The position numbers and the translations under genes were made by a program. The notes beneath the pieces are model-generated. The model was not told the origin of the DNA and searched no databases. It saw nothing but the letters and a program-made list of their open reading frames with translations. From positions 1-37,170 of the forward strand of contig UYFQ01000166.1 of the NCBI GenBank assembly GCA_900617105.1: a stretch of 37,170 nt of DNA, read 5' to 3'. Each line of letters begins with the position of its first letter. Positions within the stretch are counted from its first letter, which is position 1. This DNA is from Hydrurus foetidus. Lineage: Eukaryota. Positions 20,601 to 35,600 of the stretch are shown here, piece after piece.

Positions 20601-23600
20601 GATAGGGGATACCTATGTTTCACCGATGTCGCTAGGTTACGTGAAACGTGTCGTTAAATTGACAACGTTTGCTTCCGATCCTGAGTTCTCCAACCAAATG
20701 CTTTGGAATGACTTCTGACAACTCGGTGGACCGCGTGAATAGAAGTCTAGCTAAATAGATGGATGGTAGTAGAGGGCCAGGTAGTAGAACTTAGAGGGAA
20801 AAGCGGAACGAGTAGATCTACTGTAGTCCAAAGAAGCTAGAAGAGTGGCAGAGTGGTAGTTTAGGCTTACAACGAGAAAGAGTGGGTGAGCTCGCAGAGG
20901 TGTAAACTCTGCATGCAAGAGTTGCAAGGTAAGCTAACAAGCTGCGGGATGTCAGGAGGACTCTCAGCCACATGTACAAACGGCTATACGGTACTAGAGA
21001 GGGTAGGAATGTGATACTAAATCCTGTACCATCACAGTATGGGAAACAAGTCGATGAGTACGTGTCTTGTGCAATTCAGATAGGGATACCTATGTTGCTT
21101 CAAGCAGGAATTGCCTTCTGTTCTTCAGCTGGCGTCGAAACGGCTTAGAGCTGACAACCGACGTGGCGATCGGGTATCCGTGAAGATTTTGAGCTCTCCT
21201 CCTTTGAAGATCTTGATAGCGCTTTGGGTTTTTTGGGGCTTGAAAGTCCAGATCGGCTTTTGAAATTCAGATAGGGGATACCTATGTTTCACCGATGTCG
21301 CTAGGTTACGTGAAACGTGTCGTTAAATTGACAACGTTTGCTTCCGATCCTGAGTTCTCCAACCAAATGCTTTGGAATGACTTCTGACAACTCGGTGGAC
21401 CGCGTGAATAGAAGTCTAGCTAAATAGATGGATGGTAGTAGAGGGCCAGGTAGTAGAACTTAGAGGGAAAAGCGGAACGAGTAGATCTACTGTAGTCCAA
21501 AGAAGCTAGAAGAGTGGCAGAGTGGTAGTTTAGGCTTACAACGAGAAAGAGTGGGTGAGCTCGCAGAGGTGTAAAACTCTGCATGCAAGAGTTGCAAGGT
21601 AAGCTAACAAGCTGCGGGATGTCAGGAGGACTCTCAGCCACATGTACAAACGGCTATACGGTACTAGAGAGGGTAGGAATGTGATACTAAATCCTGTACC
21701 ATCACAGTATGGGAAACAAGTCGATGAGTACGTGTCTTGTGCAATTCAGATAGGGGATACCTATGTTGCTTCAAGCAGGAATTGCCTTCTGTTCTTCAGC
21801 TGGCGTCGAAACGGCTTAGAGCTGACAACCGACGTGGCGATCGGGTATCCGTGAAGATTTTGAGCTCTCCTCCTTTGAAGATCTTGATAGCGCTTTGGGT
21901 TTTTGGGGCTTGAAAGTCCAGATCGGCTTTTGAAATTCAGATAGGGGATACCTATGTTTCACCGATGTCGCTAGGTTACGTGAAACGTGTCGTTAAATTG
22001 ACAACGTTTGCTTCCGATCCTGAGTTCTCCAACCAAATGCTTTGGAATGACTTCTGACAACTCGGTGGACCGCGTGAATAGAAGTCTAGCTAAATAGATG
22101 GATGGTAGTAGAGGGCCAGGTAGTAGAACTTAGAGGGAAAAGCGGAACGAGTAGATCTACTGTAGTCCAAAGAAGCTAGAAGAGTGGCAGAGTGGTAGTT
22201 TAGGCTTACAACGAGAAAGAGGGGTGAGCTCGCAGAGGTGTAAACTCTGCATGCAAGAGTTGCAAGGTAAGCTAACAAGCTGCGGGATGTCAGGAGGACT
22301 CTCAGCCACATGTACAAACGGCTATACGGTACTAGAGAGGGTAGGAATGTGATACTAAATCCTGTACCATCACAGTATGGGAAACAAGTCGATGAGTACG
22401 TGTCTTGTGCAATTCAGATAGGGGATACCTATGTTGCTTCAAGCAGGAATTGCCTTCTGTTCTTCAGCTGGCGTCGAAACGGCTTAGAGCTGACAACCGA
22501 CGTGGCGATCGGGTATCCGTGAAGATTTTGAGCTCTCCTCCTTTGAAGATCTTGATAGCGCTTTGGGTTTTTTGGGGCTTGAAAGTCCAGATCGGCTTTT
22601 GAAATTCAGAGAGGGGATACCTATGTTTCACCGATGTCGCTAGGTTACGTGAAACGTGTCGTTAAATTGACAACGTTTGCTTCCGATCCTGAGTTCTCCA
22701 ACCAAATGCTTTGGAATGACTTCTGACAACTCGGTGGACCGCGTGAACAGAAGTCTAGCTAAATAGATGGATGGTAGTAGAGGGCCAGGTAGTAGAACTT
22801 AGAGGGAAAAGCGGAACGAGTAGATCTACTGTAGTCCAAAGAAGCTAGAAGAGTGGCAGAGTGGTAGTTTAGGCTTACAACGAGAAAGAGTGGGTGAGCT
22901 CGCAGAGGTGTAAAACTCTGCATGCAAGAGTTGCAAGGTAAGCTAACAAGCTGCGGGATGTCAGGAGGACTCTCAGCCACATGTACAAACGGCTATACGG
23001 TACTAGAGAGGGTAGGAATGTGATACTAAATCCTGTACCATCACAGTATGGGAAACAAGTCGATGAGTACGTGTCTTGTGCAATTCAGATAGGGGATACC
23101 TATGTTGCTTCAAGCAGGAATTGCCTTCTGTTCTTCAGCTGGCGTCGAAACGGCTTAGAGCTGACAACCGACGTGGCGATCGGGTATCCGTGAAGATTTT
23201 GAGCTCTCCTCCTTTGAAGATCTTGATAGCGCTTTGGGTTTTTGGGGCTTGAAAGTCCAGATCGGCTTTTGAAATTCAGATAGGGGATACCTATGTTTCA
23301 CCGATGTCGCTAGGTTACGTGAAACGTGTCGTTAAATTGACAACGTTTGCTTCCGATCCTGAGTTCTCCAACCAAATGCTTTGGAATGACTTCTGACAAC
23401 TCGGTGGACCGCGTGAATAGAAGTCTAGCTAAATAGATGGATGGTAGTAGAGGGCCAGGTAGTAGAACTTAGAGGGAAAAGCGGAACGAGTAGATCTACT
23501 GTAGTCCAAAGAAGCTAGAAGAGTGGCAGAGTGGTAGTTTAGGCTTACAACGAGAAAGAGTGGGTGAGCTCGCAGAGGTGTAAACTCTGCATGCAAGAGT

Positions 23601-26600
23601 TGCAAGGTAAGCTAACAAGCTGCGGGATGTCAGGAGGACTCTCAGCCACATGTACAAACGGCTATACGGTACTAGAGAGGGTAGGAATGTGATACTAAAT
23701 CCTGTACCATCACAGTATGGGAAACAAGTCGATGAGTACGTGTCTTGTGCAATTCAGATAGGGGATACCTATGTTGCTTCAAGCAGGAATTGCCTTCTGT
23801 TCTTCAGCTGGCGTCGAAACGGCTTAGAGCTGACAACCGACGTGGCGATCGGGTATCCGTGAAGATTTTGAGCTCTCCTCCTTTGAAGATCTTGATAGCG
23901 CTTTGGGTTTTTTGGGGCTTGAAAGTCCAGATCGGCTTTTGAAATTCAGATAGGGGATACCTATGTTTCACCGATGTCGCTAGGTTACGTGAAACGTGTC
24001 GTTAAATTGACAACGTTTGCTTCCGATCCTGAGTTCTCCAACCAAATGCTTTGGAATGACTTCTGACAACTCGGTGGACCGCGTGAATAGAAGTCTAGCT
24101 AAATAGATGGATGGTAGTAGAGGGCCAGGTAGTAGAACTTAGAGGGAAAAGCGGAACGAGTAGATCTACTGTAGTCCAAAGAAGCTAGAAGAGTGGCAGA
24201 GTGGTAGTTTAGGCTTACAACGAGAAAGAGTGGGTGAGCTCGCAGAGGTGTAAACTCTGCATGCAAGAGTTGCAAGGTAAGCTAACAAGCTGCGGGATGT
24301 CAGGAGGACTCTCAGCCACATGTACAAACGGCTATACGGTACTAGAGAGGGTAGGAATGTGATACTAAATCCTGTACCATCACAGTATGGGAAACAAGTC
24401 GATGAGTACGTGTCTTGTGCAATTCAGATAGGGGATACCTATGTTGCTTCAAGCAGGAATTGCCTTCTGTTCTTCAGCTGGCGTCGAAACGGCTTAGAGC
24501 TGACAACCGACGTGGCGATCGGGTATCCGTGAAGATTTTGAGCTCTCCTCCTTTGAAGATCTTGATAGCGCTTTGGGTTTTTGGGGCTTGAAAGTCCAGA
24601 TCGGCTTTTGAAATTCAGATAGGGGATACCTATGTTTCACCGATGTCGCTAGGTTACGTGAAACGTGTCGTTAAATTGACAACGTTTGCTTCCGATCCTG
24701 AGTTCTCCAACCAAATGCTTTGGAATGACTTCTGACAACTCGGTGGACCGCGTGAATAGAAGTCTAGCTAAATAGATGGATGGTAGTAGAGGGCCAGGTA
24801 GTAGAACTTAGAGGGAAAAGCGGAACGAGTAGATCTACTGTAGTCCAAAGAAGCTAGAAGAGTGGCAGAGTGGTAGTTTAGGCTTACAACGAGAAAGAGT
24901 GGGTGAGCTCGCAGAGGTGTAATACTCTGCATGCAAGAGTTGCAAGGTAAGCTAACAAGCTGCGGGATGTCAGGAGGACTCTCAGCCACATGTACAAACG
25001 GCTATACGGTACTAGAGAGGGTAGGAATGTGATACTAAATCCTGTACCATCACAGTATGGGAAACAAGTCGATGAGTACGTGTCTTGTGCAATTCAGATA
25101 GGGGATACCTATGTTGCTTCAAGCAGGAATTGCCTTCTGTTCTTCAGCTGGCGTCGAAACGGCTTAGAGCTGACAACCGACGTGGCGATCGGGTATCCGT
25201 GAAGATTTTGAGCTCTCCTCCTTTGAAGATCTTGATAGCGCTTTGGGTTTTTTGGGGCTTGAAAGTCCAGATCGGCTTTTGAAATTCAGATAGGGGATAC
25301 CTATGTTTCACCGATGTCGCTAGGTTACGTGAAACGTGTCGTTAAATTGACAACGTTTGCTTCCGATCCTGAGTTCTCCAACCAAATGCTTTGGAATGAC
25401 TTCTGACAACTCGGTGGACCGCGTGAATAGAAGTCTAGCTAAATAGATGGATGGTAGTAGAGGGCCAGGTAGTAGAACTTAGAGGGAAAAGCGGAACGAG
25501 TAGATCTACTGTAGTCCAAAGAAGCTAGAAGAGTGGCAGAGTGGTAGTTTAGGCTTACAACGAGAAAGAGTGGGTGAGCTCGCAGAGGTGTAAAACTCTG
25601 CATGCAAGAGTTGCAAGGTAAGCTAACAAGCTGCGGGATGTCAGGAGGACTCTCAGCCACATGTACAAACGGCTATACGGTACTAGAGAGGGTAGGAATG
25701 TGATACTAAATCCTGTACCATCACAGTATGGGAAACAAGTCGATGAGTACGTGTCTTGTGCAATTCAGATAGGGGATACCTATGTTGCTTCAAGCAGGAA
25801 TTGCCTTCTGTTCTTCAGCTGGCGTCGAAACGGCTTAGAGCTGACAACCGACGTGGCGATCGGGTATCCGTGAAGATTTTGAGCTCTCCTCCTTTGAAGA
25901 TCTTGATAGCGCTTTGGGTTTTTGGGGCTTGAAAGTCCAGATCGGCTTTTGAAATTCAGATAGGGGATACCTATGTTTCACCGATGTCGCTAGGTTACGT
26001 GAAACGTGTCGTTAAATTGACAACGTTTGCTTCCGATCCTGAGTTCTCCAACCAAATGCTTTGGAATGACTTCTGACAACTCGGTGGACCGCGTGAATAG
26101 AAGTCTAGCTAAATAGATGGATGGTAGTAGAGGGCCAGGTAGTAGAACTTAGAGGGAAAAGCGGAACGAGTAGATCTACTGTAGTCCAAAGAAGCTAGAA
26201 GAGTGGCAGAGTGGTAGTTTAGGCTTACAACGAGAAAGAGTGGGTGAGCTCGCAGAGGTGTAAAACTCTGCATGCAAGAGTTGCAAGGTAAGCTAACAAG
26301 CTGCGGGATGTCAGGAGGACTCTCAGCCACATGTACAAACGGCTATACGGTACTAGAGAGGGTAGGAATGTGATACTAAATCCTGTACCATCACAGTATG
26401 GGAAACAAGTCGATGAGTACGTGTCTTGTGCAATTCAGATAGGGGATACCTATGTTGCTTCAAGCAGGAATTGCCTTCTGTTCTTCAGCTGGCGTCGAAA
26501 CGGCTTAGAGCTGACAACCGACGTGGCGATCGGGTATCCGTGAAGATTTTGAGCTCTCCTCCTTTGAAGATCTTGATAGCGCTTTGGGTTTTTTGGGGCT

Positions 26601-29600
26601 TGAAAGTCCAGATCGGCTTTTGAAATTCAGATAGGGGATACCTATGTTTCACCGATGTCGCTAGGTTACGTGAAACGTGTCGTTAAATTGACAACGTTTG
26701 CTTCCGATCCTGAGTTCTCCAACCAAATGCTTTGGAATGACTTCTGACAACTCGGTGGACCGCGTGAATAGAAGTCTAGCTAAATAGATGGATGGTAGTA
26801 GAGGGCCAGGTAGTAGAACTTAGAGGGAAAAGCGGAACGAGTAGATCTACTGTAGTCCAAAGAAGCTAGAAGAGTGGCAGAGTGGTAGTTTAGGCTTACA
26901 ACGAGAAAGAGTGGGTGAGCTCGCAGAGGTGTAATACTCTGCATGCAAGAGTTGCAAGGTAAGCTAACAAGCTGCGGGATGTCAGGAGGACTCTCAGCCA
27001 CATGTACAAACGGCTATACGGTACTAGAGAGGGTAGGAATGTGATACTAAATCCTGTACCATCACAGTATGGGAAACAAGTCGATGAGTACGTGTCTTGT
27101 GCAATTCAGATAGGGGATACCTATGTTGCTTCAAGCAGGAATTGCCTTCTGTTCTTCAGCTGGCGTCGAAACGGCTTAGAGCTGACAACCGACGTGGCGA
27201 TCGGGTATCCGTGAAGATTTTGAGCTCTCCTCCTTTGAAGATCTTGATAGCGCTTTGGGTTTTTGGGGCTTGAAAGTCCAGATCGGCTTTTGAAATTCAG
27301 ATAGGGGATACCTATGTTTCACCGATGTCGCTAGGTTACGTGAAACGTGTCGTTAAATTGACAACGTTTGCTTCCGATCCTGAGTTCTCCAACCAAATGC
27401 TTTGGAATGACTTCTGACAACTCGGTGGACCGCGTGAATAGAAGTCTAGCTAAATAGATGGATGGTAGTAGAGGGCCAGGTAGTAGAACTTAGAGGGAAA
27501 AGCGGAACGAGTAGATCTACTGTAGTCCAAAGAAGCTAGAAGAGTGGCAGAGTGGTAGTTTAGGCTTACAACGAGAAAGAGTGGGTGAGCTCGCAGAGGT
27601 GTAATACTCTGCATGCAAGAGTTGCAAGGTAAGCTAACAAGCTGCGGGATGTCAGGAGGACTCTCAGCCACATGTACAAACGGCTATACGGTACTAGAGA
27701 GGGTAGGAATGTGATACTAAATCCTGTACCATCACAGTATGGGAAACAAGTCGATGAGTACGTGTCTTGTGCAATTCAGATAGGGGATACCTATGTTGCT
27801 TCAAGCAGGAATTGCCTTCTGTTCTTCAGCTGGCGTCGAAACGGCTTAGAGCTGACAACCGACGTGGCGATCGGGTATCCGTGAAGATTTTGAGCTCTCC
27901 TCCTTTGAAGATCTTGATAGCGCTTTGGGTTTTTGGGGCTTGAAAGTCCAGATCGGCTTTTGAAATTCAGATAGGGGATACCTATGTTTCACCGATGTCG
28001 CTAGGTTACGTGAAACGTGTCGTTAAATTGACAACGTTTGCTTCCGATCCTGAGTTCTCCAACCAAATGCTTTGGAATGACTTCTGACAACTCGGTGGAC
28101 CGCGTGAATAGAAGTCTAGCTAAATAGATGGATGGTAGTAGAGGGCCAGGTAGTAGAACTTAGAGGGAAAAGCGGAACGAGTAGATCTACTGTAGTCCAA
28201 AGAAGCTAGAAGAGTGGCAGAGTGGTAGTTTAGGCTTACAACGAGAAAGAGTGGGTGAGCTCGCAGAGGTGTAAAACTCTGCATGCAAGAGTTGCAAGGT
28301 AAGCTAACAAGCTGCGGGATGTCAGGAGGACTCTCAGCCACATGTACAAACGGCTATACGGTACTAGAGAGGGTAGGAATGTGATACTAAATCCTGTACC
28401 ATCACAGTATGGGAAACAAGTCGATGAGTACGTGTCTTGTGCAATTCAGATAGGGGATACCTATGTTGCTTCAAGCAGGAATTGCCTTCTGTTCTTCAGC
28501 TGGCGTCGAAACGGCTTAGAGCTGACAACCGACGTGGCGATCGGGTATCCGTGAAGATTTTGAGCTCTCCTCCTTTGAAGATCTTGATAGCGCTTTGGGT
28601 TTTTGGGGCTTGAAAGTCCAGATCGGCTTTTGAAATTCAGATAGGGGATACCTATGTTTCACCGATGTCGCTAGGTTACGTGAAACGTGTCGTTAAATTG
28701 ACAACGTTTGCTTCCGATCCTGAGTTCTCCAACCAAATGCTTTGGAATGACTTCTGACAACTCGGTGGACCGCGTGAATAGAAGTCTAGCTAAATAGATG
28801 GATGGTAGTAGAGGGCCAGGTAGTAGAACTTAGAGGGAAAAGCGGAACGAGTAGATCTACTGTAGTCCAAAGAAGCTAGAAGAGTGGCAGAGTGGTAGTT
28901 TAGGCTTACAACGAGAAAGAGTGGGTGAGCTCGCAGAGGTGTAATACTCTGCATGCAAGAGTTGCAAGGTAAGCTAACAAGCTGCGGGATGTCAGGAGGA
29001 CTCTCAGCCACATGTACAAACGGCTATACGGTACTAGAGAGGGTAGGAATGTGATACTAAATCCTGTACCATCACAGTATGGGAAACAAGTCGATGAGTA
29101 CGTGTCTTGTGCAATTCAGATAGGGGATACCTATGTTGCTTCAAGCAGGAATTGCCTTCTGTTCTTCAGCTGGCGTCGAAACGGCTTAGAGCTGACAACC
29201 GACGTGGCGATCGGGTATCCGTGAAGATTTTGAGCTCTCCTCCTTTGAAGATCTTGATAGCGCTTTGGGTTTTTGGGGCTTGAAAGTCCAGATCGGCTTT
29301 TGAAATTCAGATAGGGGATACCTATGTTTCACCGATGTCGCTAGGTTACGTGAAACGTGTCGTTAAATTGACAACGTTTGCTTCCGATCCTGAGTTCTCC
29401 AACCAAATGCTTTGGAATGACTTCTGACAACTCGGTGGACCGCGTGAATAGAAGTCTAGCTAAATAGATGGATGGTAGTAGAGGGCCAGGTAGTAGAACT
29501 TAGAGGGAAAAGCGGAACGAGTAGATCTACTGTAGTCCAAAGAAGCTAGAAGAGTGGCAGAGTGGTAGTTTAGGCTTACAACGAGAAAGAGTGGGTGAGC

Positions 29601-32600
29601 TCGCAGAGGTGTAAAACTCTGCATGCAAGAGTTGCAAGGTAAGCTAACAAGCTGCGGGATGTCAGGAGGACTCTCAGCCACATGTACAAACGGCTATACG
29701 GTACTAGAGAGGGTAGGAATGTGATACTAAATCCTGTACCATCACAGTATGGGAAACAAGTCGATGAGTACGTGTCTTGTGCAATTCAGATAGGGGATAC
29801 CTATGTTGCTTCAAGCAGGAATTGCCTTCTGTTCTTCAGCTGGCGTCGAAACGGCTTAGAGCTGACAACCGACGTGGCGATCGGGTATCCGTGAAGATTT
29901 TGAGCTCTCCTCCTTTGAAGATCTTGATAGCGCTTTGGGTTTTTGGGGCTTGAAAGTCCAGATCGGCTTTTGAAATTCAGATAGGGGATACCTATGTTTC
30001 ACCGATGTCGCTAGGTTACGTGAAACGTGTCGTTAAATTGACAACGTTTGCTTCCGATCCTGAGTTCTCCAACCAAATGCTTTGGAATGACTTCTGACAA
30101 CTCGGTGGACCGCGTGAATAGAAGTCTAGCTAAATAGATGGATGGTAGTAGAGGGCCAGGTAGTAGAACTTAGAGGGAAAAGCGGAACGAGTAGATCTAC
30201 TGTAGTCCAAAGAAGCTAGAAGAGTGGCAGAGTGGTAGTTTAGGCTTACAACGAGAAAGAGTGGGTGAGCTCGCAGAGGTGTAATACTCTGCATGCAAGA
30301 GTTGCAAGGTAAGCTAACAAGCTGCGGGATGTCAGGAGGACTCTCAGCCACATGTACAAACGGCTATACGGTACTAGAGAGGGTAGGAATGTGATACTAA
30401 ATCCTGTACCATCACAGTATGGGAAACAAGTCGATGAGTACGTGTCTTGTGCAATTCAGATAGGGGATACCTATGTTGCTTCAAGCAGGAATTGCCTTCT
30501 GTTCTTCAGCTGGCGTCGAAACGGCTTAGAGCTGACAACCGACGTGGCGATCGGGTATCCGTGAAGATTTTGAGCTCTCCTCCTTTGAAGATCTTGATAG
30601 CGCTTTGGGTTTTTTGGGGCTTGAAAGTCCAGATCGGCTTTTGAAATTCAGATAGGGGATACCTATGTTTCACCGATGTCGCTAGGTTACGTGAAACGTG
30701 TCGTTAAATTGACAACGTTTGCTTCCGATCCTGAGTTCTCCAACCAAATGCTTTGGAATGACTTCTGACAACTCGGTGGACCGCGTGAATAGAAGTCTAG
30801 CTAAATAGATGGATGGTAGTAGAGGGCCAGGTAGTAGAACTTAGAGGGAAAAGCGGAACGAGTAGATCTACTGTAGTCCAAAGAAGCTAGAAGAGTGGCA
30901 GAGTGGTAGTTTAGGCTTACAACGAGAAAGAGTGGGTGAGCTCGCAGAGGTGTAAAACTCTGCATGCAAGAGTTGCAAGGTAAGCTAACAAGCTGCGGGA
31001 TGTCAGGAGGACTCTCAGCCACATGTACAAACGGCTATACGGTACTAGAGAGGGTAGGAATGTGATACTAAATCCTGTACCATCACAGTATGGGAAACAA
31101 GTCGATGAGTACGTGTCTTGTGCAATTCAGATAGGGGATACCTATGTTGCTTCAAGCAGGAATTGCCTTCTGTTCTTCAGCTGGCGTCGAAACGGCTTAG
31201 AGCTGACAACCGACGTGGCGATCGGGTATCCGTGAAGATTTTGAGCTCTCCTCCTTTGAAGATCTTGATAGCGCTTTGGGTTTTTGGGGCTTGAAAGTCC
31301 AGATCGGCTTTTGAAATTCAGATAGGGGATACCTATGTTTCACCGATGTCGCTAGGTTACGTGAAACGTGTCGTTAAATTGACAACGTTTGCTTCCGATC
31401 CTGAGTTCTCCAACCAAATGCTTTGGAATGACTTCTGACAACTCGGTGGACCGCGTGAATAGAAGTCTAGCTAAATAGATGGATGGTAGTAGAGGGCCAG
31501 GTAGTTTTTTGAGCTAGGGGAAGATATAGCGCTTTGGGTTTTTTGGGGCTTGAAAGTCCAGATCGGCTTTTGAAATTCAGATAGGGGATACCTATGTTTC
31601 ACCGATGTCGCTAGGTTACGTGAAACGTGTCGTTAAATTGACAACGTTTGCTTCCGATCCTGAGTTCTCCAACCAAATGCTTTGGAATGACTTCTGACAA
31701 CTCGGTGGACCGCGTGAATAGAAGTCTAGCTAAATAGATGGATGGTAGTAGAGGGCCAGGTAGTAGAACTTAGAGGGAAAAGCGGAACGAGTAGATCTAC
31801 TGTAGTCCAAAGAAGCTAGAAGAGTGGCAGAGTGGTAGTTTAGGCTTACAACGAGAAAGAGTGGGTGAGCTCGCAGAGGTGTAAAACTCTGCATGCAAGA
31901 GTTGCAAGGTAAGCTAACAAGCTGCGGGATGTCAGGAGGACTCTCAGCCACATGTACAAACGGCTATACGGTACTAGAGAGGGTAGGAATGTGATACTAA
32001 ATCCTGTACCATCACAGTATGGGAAACAAGTCGATGAGTACGTGTCTTGTGCAATTCAGATAGGGGATACCTATGTTGCTTCAAGCAGGAATTGCCTTCT
32101 GTTCTTCAGCTGGCGTCGAAACGGCTTAGAGCTGACAACCGACGTGGCGATCGGGTATCCGTGAAGATTTTGAGCTCTCCTCCTTTGAAGATCTTGATAG
32201 CGCTTTGGGTTTTTTGGGGCTTGAAAGTCCAGATCGGCTTTTGAAATTCAGATAGGGGATACCTATGTTTCACCGATGTCGCTAGGTTACGTGAAACGTG
32301 TCGTTAAATTGACAACGTTTGCTTCCGATCCTGAGTTCTCCAACCAAATGCTTTGGAATGACTTCTGACAACTCGGTGGACCGCGTGAATAGAAGTCTAG
32401 CTAAATAGATGGATGGTAGTAGAGGGCCAGGTAGTAGAACTTAGAGGGAAAAGCGGAACGAGTAGATCTACTGTAGTCCAAAGAAGCTAGAAGAGTGGCA
32501 GAGTGGTAGTTTAGGCTTACAACGAGAAAGAGTGGGTGAGCTCGCAGAGGTGTAATACTCTGCATGCAAGAGTTGCAAGGTAAGCTAACAAGCTGCGGGA

Positions 32601-35600
32601 TGTCAGGAGGACTCTCAGCCACATGTACAAACGGCTATACGGTACTAGAGAGGGTAGGAATGTGATACTAAATCCTGTACCATCACAGTATGGGAAACAA
32701 GTCGATGAGTACGTGTCTTGTGCAATTCAGATAGGGGATACCTATGTTGCTTCAAGCAGGAATTGCCTTCTGTTCTTCAGCTGGCGTCGAAACGGCTTAG
32801 AGCTGACAACCGACGTGGCGATCGGGTATCCGTGAAGATTTTGAGCTCTCCTCCTTTGAAGATCTTGATAGCGCTTTGGGTTTTTGGGGCTTGAAAGTCC
32901 AGATCGGCTTTTGAAATTCAGATAGGGGATACCTATGTTTCACCGATGTCGCTAGGTTACGTGAAACGTGTCGTTAAATTGACAACGTTTGCTTCCGATC
33001 CTGAGTTCTCCAACCAAATGCTTTGGAATGACTTCTGACAACTCGGTGGACCGCGTGAATAGAAGTCTAGCTAAATAGATGGATGGTAGTAGAGGGCCAG
33101 GTAGTAGAACTTAGAGGGAAAAGCGGAACGAGTAGATCTACTGTAGTCCAAAGAAGCTAGAAGAGTGGCAGAGTGGTAGTTTAGGCTTACAACGAGAAAG
33201 AGTGGGTGAGCTCGCAGAGGTGTAAAACTCTGCATGCAAGAGTTGCAAGGTAAGCTAACAAGCTGCGGGATGTCAGGAGGACTCTCAGCCACATGTACAA
33301 ACGGCTATACGGTACTAGAGAGGGTAGGAATGTGATACTAAATCCTGTACCATCACAGTATGGGAAACAAGTCGATGAGTACGTGTCTTGTGCAATTCAG
33401 ATAGGGGATACCTATGTTGCTTCAAGCAGGAATTGCCTTCTGTTCTTCAGCTGGCGTCGAAACGGCTTAGAGCTGACAACCGACGTGGCGATCGGGTATC
33501 CGTGAAGATTTTGAGCTCTCCTCCTTTGAAGATCTTGATAGCGCTTTGGGTTTTTGGGGCTTGAAAGTCCAGATCGGCTTTTGAAATTCAGATAGGGGAT
33601 ACCTATGTTTCACCGATGTCGCTAGGTTACGTGAAACGTGTCGTTAAATTGACAACGTTTGCTTCCGATCCTGAGTTCTCCAACCAAATGCTTTGGAATG
33701 ACTTCTGACAACTCGGTGGACCGCGTGAATAGAAGTCTAGCTAAATAGATGGATGGTAGTAGAGGGCCAGGTAGTAGAACTTAGAGGGAAAAGCGGAACG
33801 AGTAGATCTACTGTAGTCCAAAGAAGCTAGAAGAGTGGCAGAGTGGTAGTTTAGGCTTACAACGAGAAAGAGTGGGTGAGCTCGCAGAGGTGTAATACTC
33901 TGCATGCAAGAGTTGCAAGGTAAGCTAACAAGCTGCGGGATGTCAGGAGGACTCTCAGCCACATGTACAAACGGCTATACGGTACTAGAGAGGGTAGGAA
34001 TGTGATACTAAATCCTGTACCATCACAGTATGGGAAACAAGTCGATGAGTACGTGTCTTGTGCAATTCAGATAGGGGATACCTATGTTGCTTCAAGCAGG
34101 AATTGCCTTCTGTTCTTCAGCTGGCGTCGAAACGGCTTAGAGCTGACAACCGACGTGGCGATCGGGTATCCGTGAAGATTTTGAGCTCTCCTCCTTTGAA
34201 GATCTTGATAGCGCTTTGGGTTTTTGGGGCTTGAAAGTCCAGATCGGCTTTTGAAATTCAGATAGGGGATACCTATGTTTCACCGATGTCGCTAGGTTAC
34301 GTGAAACGTGTCGTTAAATTGACAACGTTTGCTTCCGATCCTGAGTTCTCCAACCAAATGCTTTGGAATGACTTCTGACAACTCGGTGGACCGCGTGAAT
34401 AGAAGTCTAGCTAAATAGATGGATGGTAGTAGAGGGCCAGGTAGTAGAACTTAGAGGGAAAAGCGGAACGAGTAGATCTACTGTAGTCCAAAGAAGCTAG
34501 AAGAGTGGCAGAGTGGTAGTTTAGGCTTACAACGAGAAAGAGTGGGTGAGCTCGCAGAGGTGTAAACTCTGCATGCAAGAGTTGCAAGGTAAGCTAACAA
34601 GCTGCGGGATGTCAGGAGGACTCTCAGCCACATGTACAAACGGCTATACGGTACTAGAGAGGGTAGGAATGTGATACTAAATCCTGTACCATCACAGTAT
34701 GGGAAACAAGTCGATGAGTACGTGTCTTGTGCAATTCAGATAGGGGATACCTATGTTGCTTCAAGCAGGAATTGCCTTCTGTTCTTCAGCTGGCGTCGAA
34801 ACGGCTTAGAGCTGACAACCGACGTGGCGATCGGGTATCCGTGAAGATTTTGAGCTCTCCTCCTTTGAAGATCTTGATAGCGCTTTGGGTTTTTGGGGCT
34901 TGAAAGTCCAGATCGGCTTTTGAAATTCAGATAGGGGATACCTATGTTTCACCGATGTCGCTAGGTTACGTGAAACGTGTCGTTAAATTGACAACGTTTG
35001 CTTCCGATCCTGAGTTCTCCAACCAAATGCTTTGGAATGACTTCTGACAACTCGGTGGACCGCGTGAATAGAAGTCTAGCTAAATAGATGGATGGTAGTA
35101 GAGGGCCAGGTAGTAGAACTTAGAGGGAAAAGCGGAACGAGTAGATCTACTGTAGTCCAAAGAAGCTAGAAGAGTGGCAGAGTGGTAGTTTAGGCTTACA
35201 ACGAGAAAGAGTGGGTGAGCTCGCAGAGGTGTAAACTCTGCATGCAAGAGTTGCAAGGTAAGCTAACAAGCTGCGGGATGTCAGGAGGACTCTCAGCCAC
35301 ATGTACAAACGGCTATACGGTACTAGAGAGGGTAGGAATGTGATACTAAATCCTGTACCATCACAGTATGGGAAACAAGTCGATGAGTACGTGTCTTGTG
35401 CAATTCAGATAGGGGATACCTATGTTGCTTCAAGCAGGAATTGCCTTCTGTTCTTCAGCTGGCGTCGAAACGGCTTAGAGCTGACAACCGACGTGGCGAT
35501 CGGGTATCCGTGAAGATTTTGAGCTCTCCTCCTTTGAAGATCTTGATAGCGCTTTGGGTTTTTGGGGCTTGAAAGTCCAGATCGGCTTTGAAATTCAGAT

